Below, piece after piece: positions 9,917 to 20,438 of a stretch of DNA of 64,000 nt. The position numbers and the translations under genes are program-made. The notes under the pieces are model-generated. The model ran no database searches, was not told the DNA's origin, and saw nothing but the letters and a program-made list of their open reading frames with translations. This stretch comes from Synechococcales cyanobacterium VAR_4_metabat_354 (GTDB lineage Bacteria; Cyanobacteriota; Cyanobacteriia; Cyanobacteriales; Chamaesiphonaceae), in assembly GCA_031414775.1 (NCBI GenBank), contig JANOQI010000033.1, forward strand, positions 1 through 64,000, in the 5' to 3' direction. Positions within the stretch are counted from its first letter, which is position 1. Every line of letters starts with the position of its first letter.

Positions 9917-10573
9917 TCACTTATCTAGATAACTACTCAACTGCTGCTGTAAACGGAGCCTCGCTCGGGCAATTCGAGACTTAACTGTCCCGATCGATAC
10001 CTGAGTGGTCTCGGCAATTTCCTCATAGGATCTACCATCTATTTCCCTCAGAATAATTGTCTGACGAAAAGCTTCTGGTAAATCAGCAATTGCTACCCGC
10101 AGCTGTTCATAAAATTCTTGAGTTGCTAAGTTATCTTCTGGGCTGGGCGCATCAGCAGCAATTTCCCAATCCAACTCCCCACCATCTAACAAAATCGGCG
10201 CATCAAGAGACAGCGGTTGACTATTTCGCTTGCGCTTGCGCAGCTCATCATAAAACAAATTGGTGGTAATGCGGCTCAACCACCCCCGAAATTTTTCTGG
10301 CTCGTTAAGATTTTTAACATTGCGATAAACGCGAATCCAAACTTCTTGGGAAAGATCCGATCGATCTTGCCAGTCGGGAGCCAAGTGGTACAGCAACCGA
10401 TCCACATGGGAACGGTAACGAAGCATGAGCTCAGTCATTGCCGCCCGATCAGGATGGATGCTAGATTGAGCTTGCAGAATCAGCTCATTGTTGGATAGCT
10501 TGTCTACTTGCACTCTGGGGATGGGGGTCTGGGTCTGGTTAGGTGACCAAGATAGAGAGATTGACTGAGTCAT
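9917..10573 (-). CDS. sigG: ECF RNA polymerase sigma factor SigG
   Basis: LYHLAPDW..DLSQEVWIRVYR, FRGWLSRITTNLFYDELRKRKR, SYEEIAE..GTVKSRIARAR. Confidence 0.9.
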   Translation of the reverse strand: MTQSISLSWSPNQTQTPIPRVQVDKLSNNELILQAQSSIHPDRAAMTELMLRYRSHVDRLLYHLAPDWQDRSDLSQEVWIRVYRNVKNLNEPEKFRGWLSRITTNLFYDELRKRKRNSQPLSLDAPILLDGGELDWEIAADAPSPEDNLATQEFYEQLRVAIADLPEAFRQTIILREIDGRSYEEIAETTQVSIGTVKSRIARARLRLQQQLSSYLDK

Positions 10574-10657
10574 GGCGGATTAGCTTAACGATGTGTCCTG
10601 CTTAATCCTCCATGACCTAATGTATCAGCAAATGTTCCACACCGATCAGCAAATAAA

Positions 10658-11866
10658 TTAGCGCCGTTCTTGCCAAGCCTGTCCTAAACCTTGCAGCACA
10701 CCCCGTCCGACTAAGCCCAGCCCCCGCCCAACAATTTCGGTCAAGAAATAAACTAAAGCGTTGCCTAAAAAGATAGTAATGGCTTGCCAAGGTGGGGCGA
10801 TCGCATCTCTAATTTCTAGCAAGATGGTAACTAGCCAAGGTAGGCCATTTAGTTGAGATAGTTCTGGACGGCGGGGAGCATAGACCGAGCGTTGTTCAAT
10901 TCCGGTGGCTCGCAAAACTAATAGCTGATGTCTACTCTCGAAAATGGCGATCGGCTGAAGATATTTTTTTTGAAGGTAGTAATGCCAAGACAAATGATTA
11001 CGGAAGCGAGTAATGTCTCTGGTGGCTAGTAAGTCGGGATGATAAAACTTTTGTTTAACTAGTTCTAAATCACTAAAACGATTTAGGAATGGTTGGATGA
11101 TCGCATTGGCAATTTGGATAACAGTATTGGCTAGCAAATCTTGGATATAGTCGTTAGCTGGTGATGTGTCATAGGCTTGCCAACGGTTATCAACGTACAC
11201 CCCCTCTTGCCATAAGAAATAACCAAATAACTCGCTAGTCAGTGGGATGTGGCTCAAGAGCTGTTGAGTGATTAGCTCTCGATCGATCAGCAAGGTGGGC
11301 ACCACCTCCACGGTCTGCTCCAGCACTGGCAAACTATAGTAACGACCAAAGAAGTGACTAGTACTATCGGCCCAGATATCCGCCAAAATACTGCTCTGAC
11401 TGAGGAGTAACTGCTCGGGTGCCACATTATCTACGTGCAGCGCCTGGAGGGTTTCCTGAAAATGTTGGCAGATAATTTGCAGTAACTGCTGGCGTTTTGC
11501 TACCTGAAGTACATCAATTTCGAGGGGCTGGCCAGTGCAATTATCGATTGATCGGAAGCCTTTACTAAATAACGTGAAAATTTTTTCAGTGGTGGTAGGC
11601 GTAATGTCGGTCACGGGCTGTGCCGCCAGTAATACCGGTTCCGGACTCGCCAACAGTATCCCTGGATCAGGCGCTGTTGCTGGTGATAATCCCCGCACGA
11701 TCGAGGCGGCGACGCGTAGTTCTCGCCGCCGTCCTTGCCAAAACAGTCGATCAATCAATGACAAAGGTGATGACTGAAGGCGTTCATCAACTTTGTGTAG
11801 TTCCTTTTCAATTTGCTGTAGTCCAAACCGTCGCCAATGTTGACTACGTTGTCTTGAATTAGCCAT
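10658..11866 (-). CDS. DUF3685/Ycf55-like cyanobacterial protein (no receiver domain seen)
   Basis: GRRRELRVA, RFRNHLSW, AIFESR, LEIRDAIAP, GRGLGLVGRGVLQGLG motifs. Confidence 0.8.
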   Translation of the reverse strand: MANSRQRSQHWRRFGLQQIEKELHKVDERLQSSPLSLIDRLFWQGRRRELRVAASIVRGLSPATAPDPGILLASPEPVLLAAQPVTDITPTTTEKIFTLFSKGFRSIDNCTGQPLEIDVLQVAKRQQLLQIICQHFQETLQALHVDNVAPEQLLLSQSSILADIWADSTSHFFGRYYSLPVLEQTVEVVPTLLIDRELITQQLLSHIPLTSELFGYFLWQEGVYVDNRWQAYDTSPANDYIQDLLANTVIQIANAIIQPFLNRFSDLELVKQKFYHPDLLATRDITRFRNHLSWHYYLQKKYLQPIAIFESRHQLLVLRATGIEQRSVYAPRRPELSQLNGLPWLVTILLEIRDAIAPPWQAITIFLGNALVYFLTEIVGRGLGLVGRGVLQGLGQAWQERR

Positions 11867-11898
11867 ATTGTAATTCTCCCAGCTATCGATCCGATCAA

Positions 11899-13707
11899 CT
11901 AGGGTTTTTTGGGCACTGCTGGTAGATCTTGTTGCCAGCGTTTAGCGATATTTTGAGCTTCCTCGTACACAGGACTATCGCTAGGAATCCGCGTAGCCAT
12001 CGCGATCGCCGGAGCGATTCTACCACCGTTATGCAAAGAGGTAGCTGTCTTCAACACTCTCTTGTCTCGTTGGATGGTGAGCATCGTTAAAGTCTGCTGC
12101 CATTGCTGAAGTTCACCTTGCAGATTGCGATAAGCAATACCATCCTGGGGCAGTTTAGATCCAGTCGCGATCGCTTTCGCTAAATCCCCACGTTTAGCAG
12201 CGGCGCGGGCGCTATCAATCGTGGGTTGCTCATTGAGCAGTTGAATATGCTGATTCCAGAATTTAATAAATTCTTGGGACTCTGTCCAGAGCGGTTGACC
12301 GCTAGGAATGTTGCTGGCTAGTGCCACCGCATTTTGCATACTCGCGATCGAACCCGGCGCTCCAGCCTGTTGAGCACGAGTCAGCAGCATATAGTTATCC
12401 AGCACTTCGCCTGGTTTTTGTTCACTTGGTTTTTGGACATTAGATCCTAGACCGCGCTGGGCACTGGTAGAGTCGGCAATCAATTTTTGGGCTTCGGCAT
12501 GGATGGCTAAGCCTTTAGGAACTCGTTTGGCAATGGCGATCGCCTCATCGTATTTTTGGACGCGCAGTTTTTCACTGGCGACCGCGATGATTGTTTTACT
12601 CCACAGCTCTTGCAATGAGGCAGCCTTGTCTTTGAGATAGGTTTTGGGTGGTACTTTGGCAGCTAGTTCGATCGCCCTATTCAAAATGTTGGGATCGATC
12701 ACATAAAACACGGCATCTTTTTTACTAGTAACTTTGGGTCTGGTTACTTTTTTAAGAGGACGACCAGCTGCCTGATTTTCTTTGTTTTCTTTCTCGTTAT
12801 TCTCTACGGTGCCGCCATAAGCAACAATTTCAGCATCTTGGAAGTGCTCCCAACCCTCTTTTTCCAACACAAATTGGGATGACATCTGATTAAAACGAGT
12901 GGCATTCCAATAGGGATGGGGGACTGACTTGAGAGTGTTGAGCATATCGGCACCCTTCGTCCACTCGCCAGCTTGGATAAATTGCTGAACTTTAGCATCA
13001 ATATCATTGCCTTGCTGCCATTGCTCCTGCCATTTTTCCGAGGTAGCCTGAGCATCTGGGTAGGCAGTGCTATATGTCGGAATAGCCTTAAAGTTATTGA
13101 TGGCCTTTTTTAAATCTCCATCAGCGGCCAGCTCTTTTTTCGTGATTTTGATTAGTTGCCATGACCAGTCATCTGATAAGATTTTACCGTTAGAGTACAA
13201 GGGGCTGTCCTTGTCCCAACCTTTGACGACACTGAGTGCTGATAGCACCTGCTCTTTCTTATCAGTTTCTGCCCAGATTTTGGCGCAGGAGAGGCGCTGA
13301 CTGTCTGTTGATAATATGGAAAGTTTTTCACAGTCTGCTGGCGGTGGTACCGCAGTTAGTAAAATATAGCTAAGTATGCCGATCCCACCAGTAATTGAGA
13401 CCAGGATTAGCCAAAAAATTGACCAGGGATCAACACGTACCGCTGGTATAATTAACTTACTGACTGATGTGTCTTGCTGGGCTAATGAACCCGGCGGCTC
13501 GTAATCATAACCAACAGCAGCTGGGTCGTTGGCAGAACCATCGGAGTCGGCTCTGTTGCTCACAGCTTGCGTCGCATCACCTTCGGCATCTTTGCCATTC
13601 AAACGCTTGCGCAATAATTGTTTTAGCTTGCTGCTCTCCAACACTAAGTCACACCTTTTAAGTTTTTGTAGATATGCGGTCGTCTGCACCCTGGCAACAA
13701 ATACCAA
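11899..13707 (-). CDS. Membrane-anchored alpha-helical repeat protein (cyanobacterial conserved hypothetical)
   Basis: Single TM, PPPADC...RLSCA motif, repeated AI..A..IP..S..Y..AQ....W units. Confidence 0.7.
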   Translation of the reverse strand: MVFVARVQTTAYLQKLKRCDLVLESSKLKQLLRKRLNGKDAEGDATQAVSNRADSDGSANDPAAVGYDYEPPGSLAQQDTSVSKLIIPAVRVDPWSIFWLILVSITGGIGILSYILLTAVPPPADCEKLSILSTDSQRLSCAKIWAETDKKEQVLSALSVVKGWDKDSPLYSNGKILSDDWSWQLIKITKKELAADGDLKKAINNFKAIPTYSTAYPDAQATSEKWQEQWQQGNDIDAKVQQFIQAGEWTKGADMLNTLKSVPHPYWNATRFNQMSSQFVLEKEGWEHFQDAEIVAYGGTVENNEKENKENQAAGRPLKKVTRPKVTSKKDAVFYVIDPNILNRAIELAAKVPPKTYLKDKAASLQELWSKTIIAVASEKLRVQKYDEAIAIAKRVPKGLAIHAEAQKLIADSTSAQRGLGSNVQKPSEQKPGEVLDNYMLLTRAQQAGAPGSIASMQNAVALASNIPSGQPLWTESQEFIKFWNQHIQLLNEQPTIDSARAAAKRGDLAKAIATGSKLPQDGIAYRNLQGELQQWQQTLTMLTIQRDKRVLKTATSLHNGGRIAPAIAMATRIPSDSPVYEEAQNIAKRWQQDLPAVPKKP

Positions 13708-13886
13708 CTTACACAGGTGATTTTTGTTGTTAGAGCTGTAAATTTATAAAATTAAGGTTGAATCCTGATATGTTTCTATCACTTCTGATCAGCCTCTGTT
13801 GTAATTATACAGACAATCTTAAAATTTCTAGACATTTAAAGTAGAGTCTTATTCTTATGGCTTAGTAGCACAAAGAAACCAGCTTA

Positions 13887-14438
13887 ATGACACTTGACTT
13901 AGAGGTAGTCGATGTACTACTACCCCAGAAACTACTAAAATCATGGAGAATGTCTTCTCTCGCTCCTATGAATAAAATTCCCATTTCTCACCCAGAATTA
14001 CTCAGTTTGGATACTACTATTGCTGATAGTCAGCTGAAACTGCTACTGGCCGAGGGAATTAATATTTTGCTGGCAGCTAGAATACAGTTTGAAATAGATT
14101 TTGTCCGGGATGCTACCGATCCCCGCGAATTGTCTGAAATTCCGGAGGTGCGGTTGTGGTTTATTCGCTTAGATAGCAGATATCCTTGGTTACCACTGGT
14201 GATCGATCGACAGACTGGTGAACTGGCCAGATACGCGGCTATGTTGGTGCCGCACGAATTTAAAACCCAGACTGGTATTCAGTACAATGCAGAGGCGCTG
14301 GAGATCTGGGTGATGAATAAGGTTTTCGGGGGATCGGACTGGCTACACCAACAAGGGATCAGCGATCGAACTCCAGTTAAGTTTATGGCTAAATCTCTGG
14401 GCTATGAGTTAGACCAATCTTTGTTCGATCTGCTTTAA
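13887..14438 (+). CDS. CRR6 family NdhI maturation factor
   Basis: DPRELSEIPEVRLWFIRLD..YPWLP and RYAAMLVPH motifs. True start may be ATG 13968. Confidence 0.9.
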   Translation: MTLDLEVVDVLLPQKLLKSWRMSSLAPMNKIPISHPELLSLDTTIADSQLKLLLAEGINILLAARIQFEIDFVRDATDPRELSEIPEVRLWFIRLDSRYPWLPLVIDRQTGELARYAAMLVPHEFKTQTGIQYNAEALEIWVMNKVFGGSDWLHQQGISDRTPVKFMAKSLGYELDQSLFDLL

Positions 14439-14457
14439 CCTGAGTTCTATTTATATG

Positions 14458-15462
14458 TTAAAACTGGCGCAGAAAACGCAGATCGCTGGTATAAAGCCTC
14501 CGAATATCATCAATTTGGTGCAAGACCATTGCTAATCGTTCAGCCCCAAAACCCGCCGCGAAGCCACTATAAATCTCCGGATCATAACCAACCTTGGTCA
14601 GCACATTGGGATCAACCATCCCACAGCCCATCACCTCCAACCATTTACCCTGCCACTGCACATCCACTTCCGCCGAAGGCTCCGTGAAAGGGAAATAACT
14701 GGCGCGGAACCGAATTGGTAGCTCCATGCCAAATAACTGAGCCAAAAATTCAGCAATAGTGCCTTTAAGATCACCAAAAGTCAGATCTTGATCGACAGCT
14801 AAAATTTCGATCTGATGAAAGACCGCCGAGTGGGTAGCATCCACCGTATCCCGGCGGTAGCAACGTCCGGGGGCAATAATCCGAATCGGTGGCTCATTTT
14901 CTTCCATGTAATGAATTTGCACCGCCGAAGTATGGGTGCGCAGCAAATTGCCATCGGGCAGATAGAAGGTATCCTGCATGTCCCGCGCCGGGTGATCGGC
15001 GGGGGTGTTGAGGGCTTCAAAGTTGTAGTAGTCGGTTTCCATTTCCGGGCCGGTGGCTACGGTGTAGCCTAAACCTACAAAAATATCCGTCACTCGATCG
15101 ATAATGCTATTCAGGGGATGAATCCGTCCCAAGGGCACATAGACCCCAGGCATGGTGACATCGAGGGTTTCAGCGGCCAACTGAGCTTGGATTTGCGCTG
15201 CTTGAAAAGTGGACTTCTGGCGATCGAGTAAATCTTGAATCACATCTTTAACTCGATTGGAGACTAGCCCGATCGCTGGCCGCTCTTCAGCCGAAAGCTG
15301 ACCCATGCCGCGCAAAATTTGGGGCAGCTCACCTTTTTTACCCAAATAATTAATCCGCAGTTGTTCTAACTGCTCCAGATCTGGACAGGCTGCGATCGCG
15401 CTGGTAGCTGCGGTCTGGAGTGCTGTCAACTGTTGTTCTAATTCGCTCAGTGAAATACTCAT
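14458..15462 (-). CDS. pheS: Phenylalanine--tRNA ligase alpha subunit
   Basis: [42 protein letters not shown] motifs. Start adjusted to ATG 15462. Confidence 0.98.
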   Translation of the reverse strand: MSISLSELEQQLTALQTAATSAIAACPDLEQLEQLRINYLGKKGELPQILRGMGQLSAEERPAIGLVSNRVKDVIQDLLDRQKSTFQAAQIQAQLAAETLDVTMPGVYVPLGRIHPLNSIIDRVTDIFVGLGYTVATGPEMETDYYNFEALNTPADHPARDMQDTFYLPDGNLLRTHTSAVQIHYMEENEPPIRIIAPGRCYRRDTVDATHSAVFHQIEILAVDQDLTFGDLKGTIAEFLAQLFGMELPIRFRASYFPFTEPSAEVDVQWQGKWLEVMGCGMVDPNVLTKVGYDPEIYSGFAAGFGAERLAMVLHQIDDIRRLYTSDLRFLRQF

Positions 15463-15541
15463 GGAGTTATCGCCAGAAATTGCCCGACCCATATTGTACC
15501 GACATATCAGAGAATTGAGAAAGTTAATCTGGATTCAATCT

Positions 15542-16351
15542 ATGCGCTTGCTCATCAGTAATGACGACGGGATTTTTGCTCAGGGGATTCGGGTACTAGC
15601 TAATACCTTAGCGCGGGCAGGTCATCAGGTGACGGTGGTTTGTCCCGATCGAGAGCGATCGGCCACCGGTCATGGCCTGACGATGCATGATCCGATTCGC
15701 GCTGAGCCAGTAACCGGAATCTTTGATGCCAATGTGCAGGCTTGGGCCTGTTCTGGGACTCCATCTGACTGCGTGAAGCTGGCGTTAGGTGCTTTACTTG
15801 ATCAGCCCCCTGATTTTGTCCTGTCCGGGATTAATCATGGCGCTAACTTAGGTACTGACATTCTCTATTCGGGCACGGTGGCGGCGGCGATGGAAGGAGT
15901 GATTGAGGGCATTCCCAGTATGGCCTTAAGCCTGACCAGTTTTACCATCCGCGAGTTTCAGCCCGGAGCGGATTTTGCCGCCAAGCTATTAGCGCATTTT
16001 GCCCAGCATCCTTTACAAGAACCAACTTTATTAAATATCAATATTCCGGCTGTTCCTGCTGCGGCCATTGCCGGGATTAAAGTTACTCGGCAGGGACTGC
16101 GCCGCTATACTGATACGTTCCAAAAACGGGTAGACCCTAGGGGCAAAACTTATTACTGGCTGTCGGGAGAAGTTTTACAGGATATCGACCAGCCCAAACA
16201 TCTGCAATTATCAGCGGATGTGGAAACAGATGTGCAGGCCATTACTGGTAACTACATCACGATCGTCCCGTTGTATTTTAATCTGACTTATCCGCCGGGG
16301 GTTGATGAGTTGCAAGGTTTGGGGCTGGACAAAATCTACTCATCTATCTAA
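15542..16351 (+). CDS. surE: 5'/3'-nucleotidase SurE
   Basis: [33 protein letters not shown]. Start adjusted to ATG 15542. Confidence 0.97.
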   Translation: MRLLISNDDGIFAQGIRVLANTLARAGHQVTVVCPDRERSATGHGLTMHDPIRAEPVTGIFDANVQAWACSGTPSDCVKLALGALLDQPPDFVLSGINHGANLGTDILYSGTVAAAMEGVIEGIPSMALSLTSFTIREFQPGADFAAKLLAHFAQHPLQEPTLLNINIPAVPAAAIAGIKVTRQGLRRYTDTFQKRVDPRGKTYYWLSGEVLQDIDQPKHLQLSADVETDVQAITGNYITIVPLYFNLTYPPGVDELQGLGLDKIYSSI

Positions 16352-16428
16352 TTAGACAACGGCTTAAGCCGGAGGGGTTTTCCATGGTTGGGTAGAATGG
16401 AGAGGTCATCCTAGGGATATTTGATCGC

Positions 16429-17793
16429 ATGGCTAACCTCGAAACACTGCAAGCGCGCTTGGAAATTTTTCGGAAAGCAGGGCGAAATCTCCAGCTTGAT
16501 CCCCTGGTTACTCAGCAGGATTTGGCACGGTTGGGGGTGGAATACCAAATGGGGTTGATTGATGAATTAGAGCAAACGATCGAAGATAGCCCATCAAATA
16601 AGTTGATTTTTACTGGACATCGTGGTTGTGGCAAATCTACCTTGTTGGCGGAGTTGGGTTTTCGGCTGACTGGCACGGGGCGGTATTTTGTGGTGATGTA
16701 TTCGATTGCCGATACGATTGAGCGCTCAGCGGTGGATCATGTCAATATCTTGTTTTCGATGGCGTTGCAGTTGTTAGAAGATGCAGAGCGGCGATCAATT
16801 AAGCTTCAGCCTAGTATCAAACGTGAGTTTTATCGATGGTTGGGGAAACATACCCAAACCGAATCCCAAGCTGTGGAAAAAGAAATTGAGGTCAATGCCG
16901 AAATTAGCGCCAAAGGTGGGATTCCGATTATTTTAGATTTTTTGGCCAAGATTAAATCTAAGCTAAAAATCAACTCGGTAATTCGGCAGGAAATCTCGAT
17001 TGAATTTGCCCGTAAAACTTCAGATTTAGTAGCTCAGATTAATCAGCTGCAATCCTATATTGAAAATGCCACGGGTCAAAAGGTATTAGTAATTATCGAC
17101 GACTTGGATAAGTTAGATTTGAGTGTTACTGAAACAATTTTTAGTAAGAATATTCAGTCTTTACTCGATCCCCATACTGGAATTATATATACGCTGCCGA
17201 TTGCAACTTTGCGTGAGGTTTCTATCAAAAACAGCATCAAGACATACATCAAAAAAATTCAGACAATGCGGGTGACGAAGTTTTTTAGCCAAGTTGATGT
17301 CAGGAAAACTGACCGCATTCCAGACCCTGATTGTGTGGAGCTATTTGAAAAGATTCTCGATCGAAGATTACCCGCCAACTCGATCGATCCCCAAGTCAAG
17401 CAAGAGATGATTCTCCTCAGCGGTGGTGTATTACGGGAGTTTATTCGGATTGCTGATCGCTGTTGTGACAAGGTGATGTTAGAACTGCGGGGACAAATTA
17501 GAAAACAGCAATGGAATCAACCGGAAGTTAAGATCGATCAACAAATTTTTAGTGAGGTCGTAACGGAGTTGCAGATCGAATATGCCGAAGTACTGGGGCA
17601 AGTCGATTATAAAATGTTGCAATCCATCTATCAAGAATTTCAACCTCAAGATGTGGAAAATCAAAGATTCCTAGATTTACTGCACGGGCTATATATTCTG
17701 GAATATCGTAATGCAGAGTTATGGTATGACTTGAATCCAATTGTCCGAGATTTACTCAGCCGGAAGGGGTTATTAAATGACACAAGTTCCTGA
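16429..17793 (+). CDS. P-loop ATPase (AAA/KAP-like)
   Basis: Walker A GHRGCGKST, Walker B VIIDDLDK, SGGVLRE, C-terminal LEY.N...WYD.NP. Confidence 0.85.
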   Translation: MANLETLQARLEIFRKAGRNLQLDPLVTQQDLARLGVEYQMGLIDELEQTIEDSPSNKLIFTGHRGCGKSTLLAELGFRLTGTGRYFVVMYSIADTIERSAVDHVNILFSMALQLLEDAERRSIKLQPSIKREFYRWLGKHTQTESQAVEKEIEVNAEISAKGGIPIILDFLAKIKSKLKINSVIRQEISIEFARKTSDLVAQINQLQSYIENATGQKVLVIIDDLDKLDLSVTETIFSKNIQSLLDPHTGIIYTLPIATLREVSIKNSIKTYIKKIQTMRVTKFFSQVDVRKTDRIPDPDCVELFEKILDRRLPANSIDPQVKQEMILLSGGVLREFIRIADRCCDKVMLELRGQIRKQQWNQPEVKIDQQIFSEVVTELQIEYAEVLGQVDYKMLQSIYQEFQPQDVENQRFLDLLHGLYILEYRNAELWYDLNPIVRDLLSRKGLLNDTSS

Positions 17794-19468
17794 ATTGGCT
17801 ACTTCATCGAATGAAGAGATTTATGAAAGCTTGATTTCTTTGATCGAGAATAATCAGGAGCAATTGACCTTAATAGTGGTGGCTTGCGACGATTTGCGAC
17901 TGCGCCAACGGACGATCAATCGATATGAGTTGGAAGCCAAGCAATCCCAGATTCAATCCCATCGGATGGTGTTGGGAATGGAGCCGAGTTTAAGGGCGGG
18001 TTTAGCGAAGTTGGCGCTACCACCAGGGGAGCAAGTGGTGGTGACAGTGACGGGGGCAGAATGGCTGTTGCGGGTGAAAACAAGATCGATCGATGAACAG
18101 AGTGATCTGGATAAGTTTTTTGGTTATTTGCAATGGACGCGGGAAGGGCTGCGGGAGTTTCGTTATCCGATCGTGTTATGGGTGACTTATCCAATTTTGC
18201 AGGAGATGAGCTGCCGCGCGCCGGATTTTTGGAGTTGGCGCAAGGCAGTGTTGCGGTTTAATGCGGAGGAAGAAGTGGCGGAGTCGATCGAGCTTATGGA
18301 TCGCGATTATGCACCTTTGCCATTGATTGATCGGCATAGTGATGATTTTCTGCCGCCGCCAGCGGAGATAATTTTGGAGATTCAGAAATTAGCAGCTAGA
18401 GAGCCGGAGTCGGCTAATCTGCCGGTGCTTTATCAGAAACTCGCCGAAATTTATGCAAAACGCATTGATAAAGGTGAAGCTACTAATCTAGAACAGGAGC
18501 AACAGCAAGCTATTGAGGCTTTTGAGACGGCGATCGATCAATACCGAAAACTTAATGATCAATCAGCATTAGCAAGTACACTAAATAACTTTGGTATTTT
18601 TCTGTCCAGGAGATCTCACTATGAGGATGCTCTCAACTTTTATCAACAATCTTTAGCTATCTGGCACAAACTTGGCGATCTCAATGGCAGAGCAAGTTCT
18701 CTAGCTAATTTGGGTAATTCATATGAATTGATAGGACAATATCAACTAGCAATCAACTTTTATCAACAATCTTTAGCTATCTGGCACGAACTTGGTGATC
18801 TCAGTGGCAGAGCAAGTTCTCTAGCTGATTTGGGTAACATATGCCAATTATTAGGACAATATCAAGAAGCAATTAACTTTTTTCAACGGTCTTTGGAAAT
18901 TAATCGCATCATAGGTGACCCAAATGGGGAAGCATTGTCTCTTAATGGTTTGGGTATTGCCTATAAAGGAATAGGAGAATACCAACGAGCAATCGACTTT
19001 TTTCAACAATCTCTAACTATCTGGTGCAAACTTGATAATCTCAATGGCAAGGCAAGTTCTCTAGCTAATTTGGGTAACATATGCCAATTATTAGGACAAT
19101 ATCAAGAAGCAATTAACTTTTTTCAACGGTCTTTGGAAATTAATCGCATCATAGGTGACCCAAATGGGGAAGCATTGTCTCTCAATGGTTTAGGTCGTGC
19201 CTACGGATCAATAGAACAAAATCAACGATCCATCGACTTTTTTCAGCAGTCTCTAGAAATTAATCACGAAATTGGGAATCGTCGTGGCGAAGCAGTTCTT
19301 CTGTTTAACCAAGCACTTGTATATACAAAAGATAAAGCAGGTGGTCTTGCAGCTCTCGACAAATTTCAGCAAGCTCGGGCAATTTTCTTGGAACTAAATC
19401 TTGATGAGAGCGTTAAGCGCTGCGATGAAGAAATTGATAAATTCAACGCCATGATTGCCTCAGAATAG
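17777..19468 (+). CDS. TPR protein with an N-terminal degenerate NTPase-like domain
   Basis: LQWTRE...PIVLW...RAPDFWSW motif followed by 40-aa TPR units (A.SL.NLG..Y..LGQYQ.AI.F.QQSL.I). Overlaps the ATPase gene by 17 bp. Confidence 0.88.
   Translation: MTQVPELATSSNEEIYESLISLIENNQEQLTLIVVACDDLRLRQRTINRYELEAKQSQIQSHRMVLGMEPSLRAGLAKLALPPGEQVVVTVTGAEWLLRVKTRSIDEQSDLDKFFGYLQWTREGLREFRYPIVLWVTYPILQEMSCRAPDFWSWRKAVLRFNAEEEVAESIELMDRDYAPLPLIDRHSDDFLPPPAEIILEIQKLAAREPESANLPVLYQKLAEIYAKRIDKGEATNLEQEQQQAIEAFETAIDQYRKLNDQSALASTLNNFGIFLSRRSHYEDALNFYQQSLAIWHKLGDLNGRASSLANLGNSYELIGQYQLAINFYQQSLAIWHELGDLSGRASSLADLGNICQLLGQYQEAINFFQRSLEINRIIGDPNGEALSLNGLGIAYKGIGEYQRAIDFFQQSLTIWCKLDNLNGKASSLANLGNICQLLGQYQEAINFFQRSLEINRIIGDPNGEALSLNGLGRAYGSIEQNQRSIDFFQQSLEINHEIGNRRGEAVLLFNQALVYTKDKAGGLAALDKFQQARAIFLELNLDESVKRCDEEIDKFNAMIASE
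18633..19191 (+). repeat. Near-identical intragenic TPR repeats (120-bp and 240-bp periods)
   Basis: 18812-18951 vs 19052-19191 match at 138/140; 18633-18717 vs 18753-18837 match at 81/85. Confidence 0.9.
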
Positions 19469-19496
19469 TTTCAATTCACCCCAGATGGACAGAGAT

Positions 19497-20210
19497 TTAC
19501 AGACCACCAAACCATTCATAGCCCTGATCCTCCCAGTAACCTTGCTTCGTAGGCAGCTCATTCATCAAAGTCACCCTCGTTACCCACTTACTCTGCTTAT
19601 AACCCAACTTAATCGGCGCAGCTAACCGCAACGGTGCACCATTATTTACCGGCAACGGCTGACCATTCATTTGGTAAGCCAATAGCGTTTGAGGATGCAA
19701 AGCTGATCGCATATCCCAGCTACTGTAGTAACCATCCCCCGACTCAAAATAAACATAACGAGCCGTAGTTTTAGGCTGAGCCAAAGCAATTAAATCCCGC
19801 AGCCGTACACCACCCCATTGCACGATCGCCGCCCACCCCTCCACACAGACATGCCGAATCACCATCGACTGCAACGGTAGCTTGGATAGCTCACTCATAC
19901 TCAACTGCATCGGCTGATTGACCGCCCCATCAATCACTAACTTAAAAGTAGTGAGGTCAATTTGCGGCGTATTTTTTCGATCGAACGTATTAATCAACAA
20001 CGCCTGGGGTTCGATCGCACTCACCGGATATTCTGCTGCCAAGGCTTGGGGTTTCAGCAACAACTCTTCGACTCTTTGATTTAGGGGACCTGTCGCATCC
20101 CCAATGGGTGTTGCATATTGAGCCGATCGACAACCATTTAGCAACAAACCCATGCCCGACAAACCAGATAGTTGTAGCAACTGCCGCCGACTGAGAAAAT
20201 TAGGATTCAT
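19497..20210 (-). CDS. Molybdopterin-dependent oxidoreductase (sulfite oxidase/MsrP-like family), Tat signal
   Basis: SRRQLL signal, HVCVEGW, WGGVRL, NGAPLRL, KLGYKQSKWV, GYWEDQGY. Confidence 0.9.
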   Translation of the reverse strand: MNPNFLSRRQLLQLSGLSGMGLLLNGCRSAQYATPIGDATGPLNQRVEELLLKPQALAAEYPVSAIEPQALLINTFDRKNTPQIDLTTFKLVIDGAVNQPMQLSMSELSKLPLQSMVIRHVCVEGWAAIVQWGGVRLRDLIALAQPKTTARYVYFESGDGYYSSWDMRSALHPQTLLAYQMNGQPLPVNNGAPLRLAAPIKLGYKQSKWVTRVTLMNELPTKQGYWEDQGYEWFGGL

Positions 20211-20246
20211 TATGACCTCTGGAATTTTAGATTAATTTTGGTTAGG

Positions 20247-20438
20247 TTATCGCTTACGAGCTTTCCAGGTACCGCCGTAGACATAATCGGGATTGTTGTG
20301 ACTCACTAGTGGCCAGCAATCACCACAAACAAACTGCCATTGACTAGACCGGTCAACTTGAATTCGATACATGATTTCAGCAATAGCCTGACATCGATCG
20401 CAATTTTTAGTGCGGGTTCTGATCATTTCATTTTTCAC
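20247..20438 (-). CDS. Small CxxC...CxxC protein (putative Zn ribbon)
   Basis: CDRC...CGDC...YVYGGTWKA, co-oriented within the operon. Start is GTG 20438 or an ATG a few codons downstream. Confidence 0.7.
   Translation of the reverse strand: MKNEMIRTRTKNCDRCQAIAEIMYRIQVDRSSQWQFVCGDCWPLVSHNNPDYVYGGTWKARKR

Noticed and set aside
15461..15541. Apparent overlap of pheS and surE 5' ends
   Set aside because: An artefact of longest-ORF calling. Conserved starts at 15462 and 15542 leave a normal divergent promoter gap.
18633..19191. TPR repeat copies differing mostly at A/G, suggesting a diversity-generating retroelement TR/VR pair
   Set aside because: Both copies are in frame within one gene, C/T differences also occur, and there is no reverse transcriptase in the window. 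Ordinary tandem duplication explains it.
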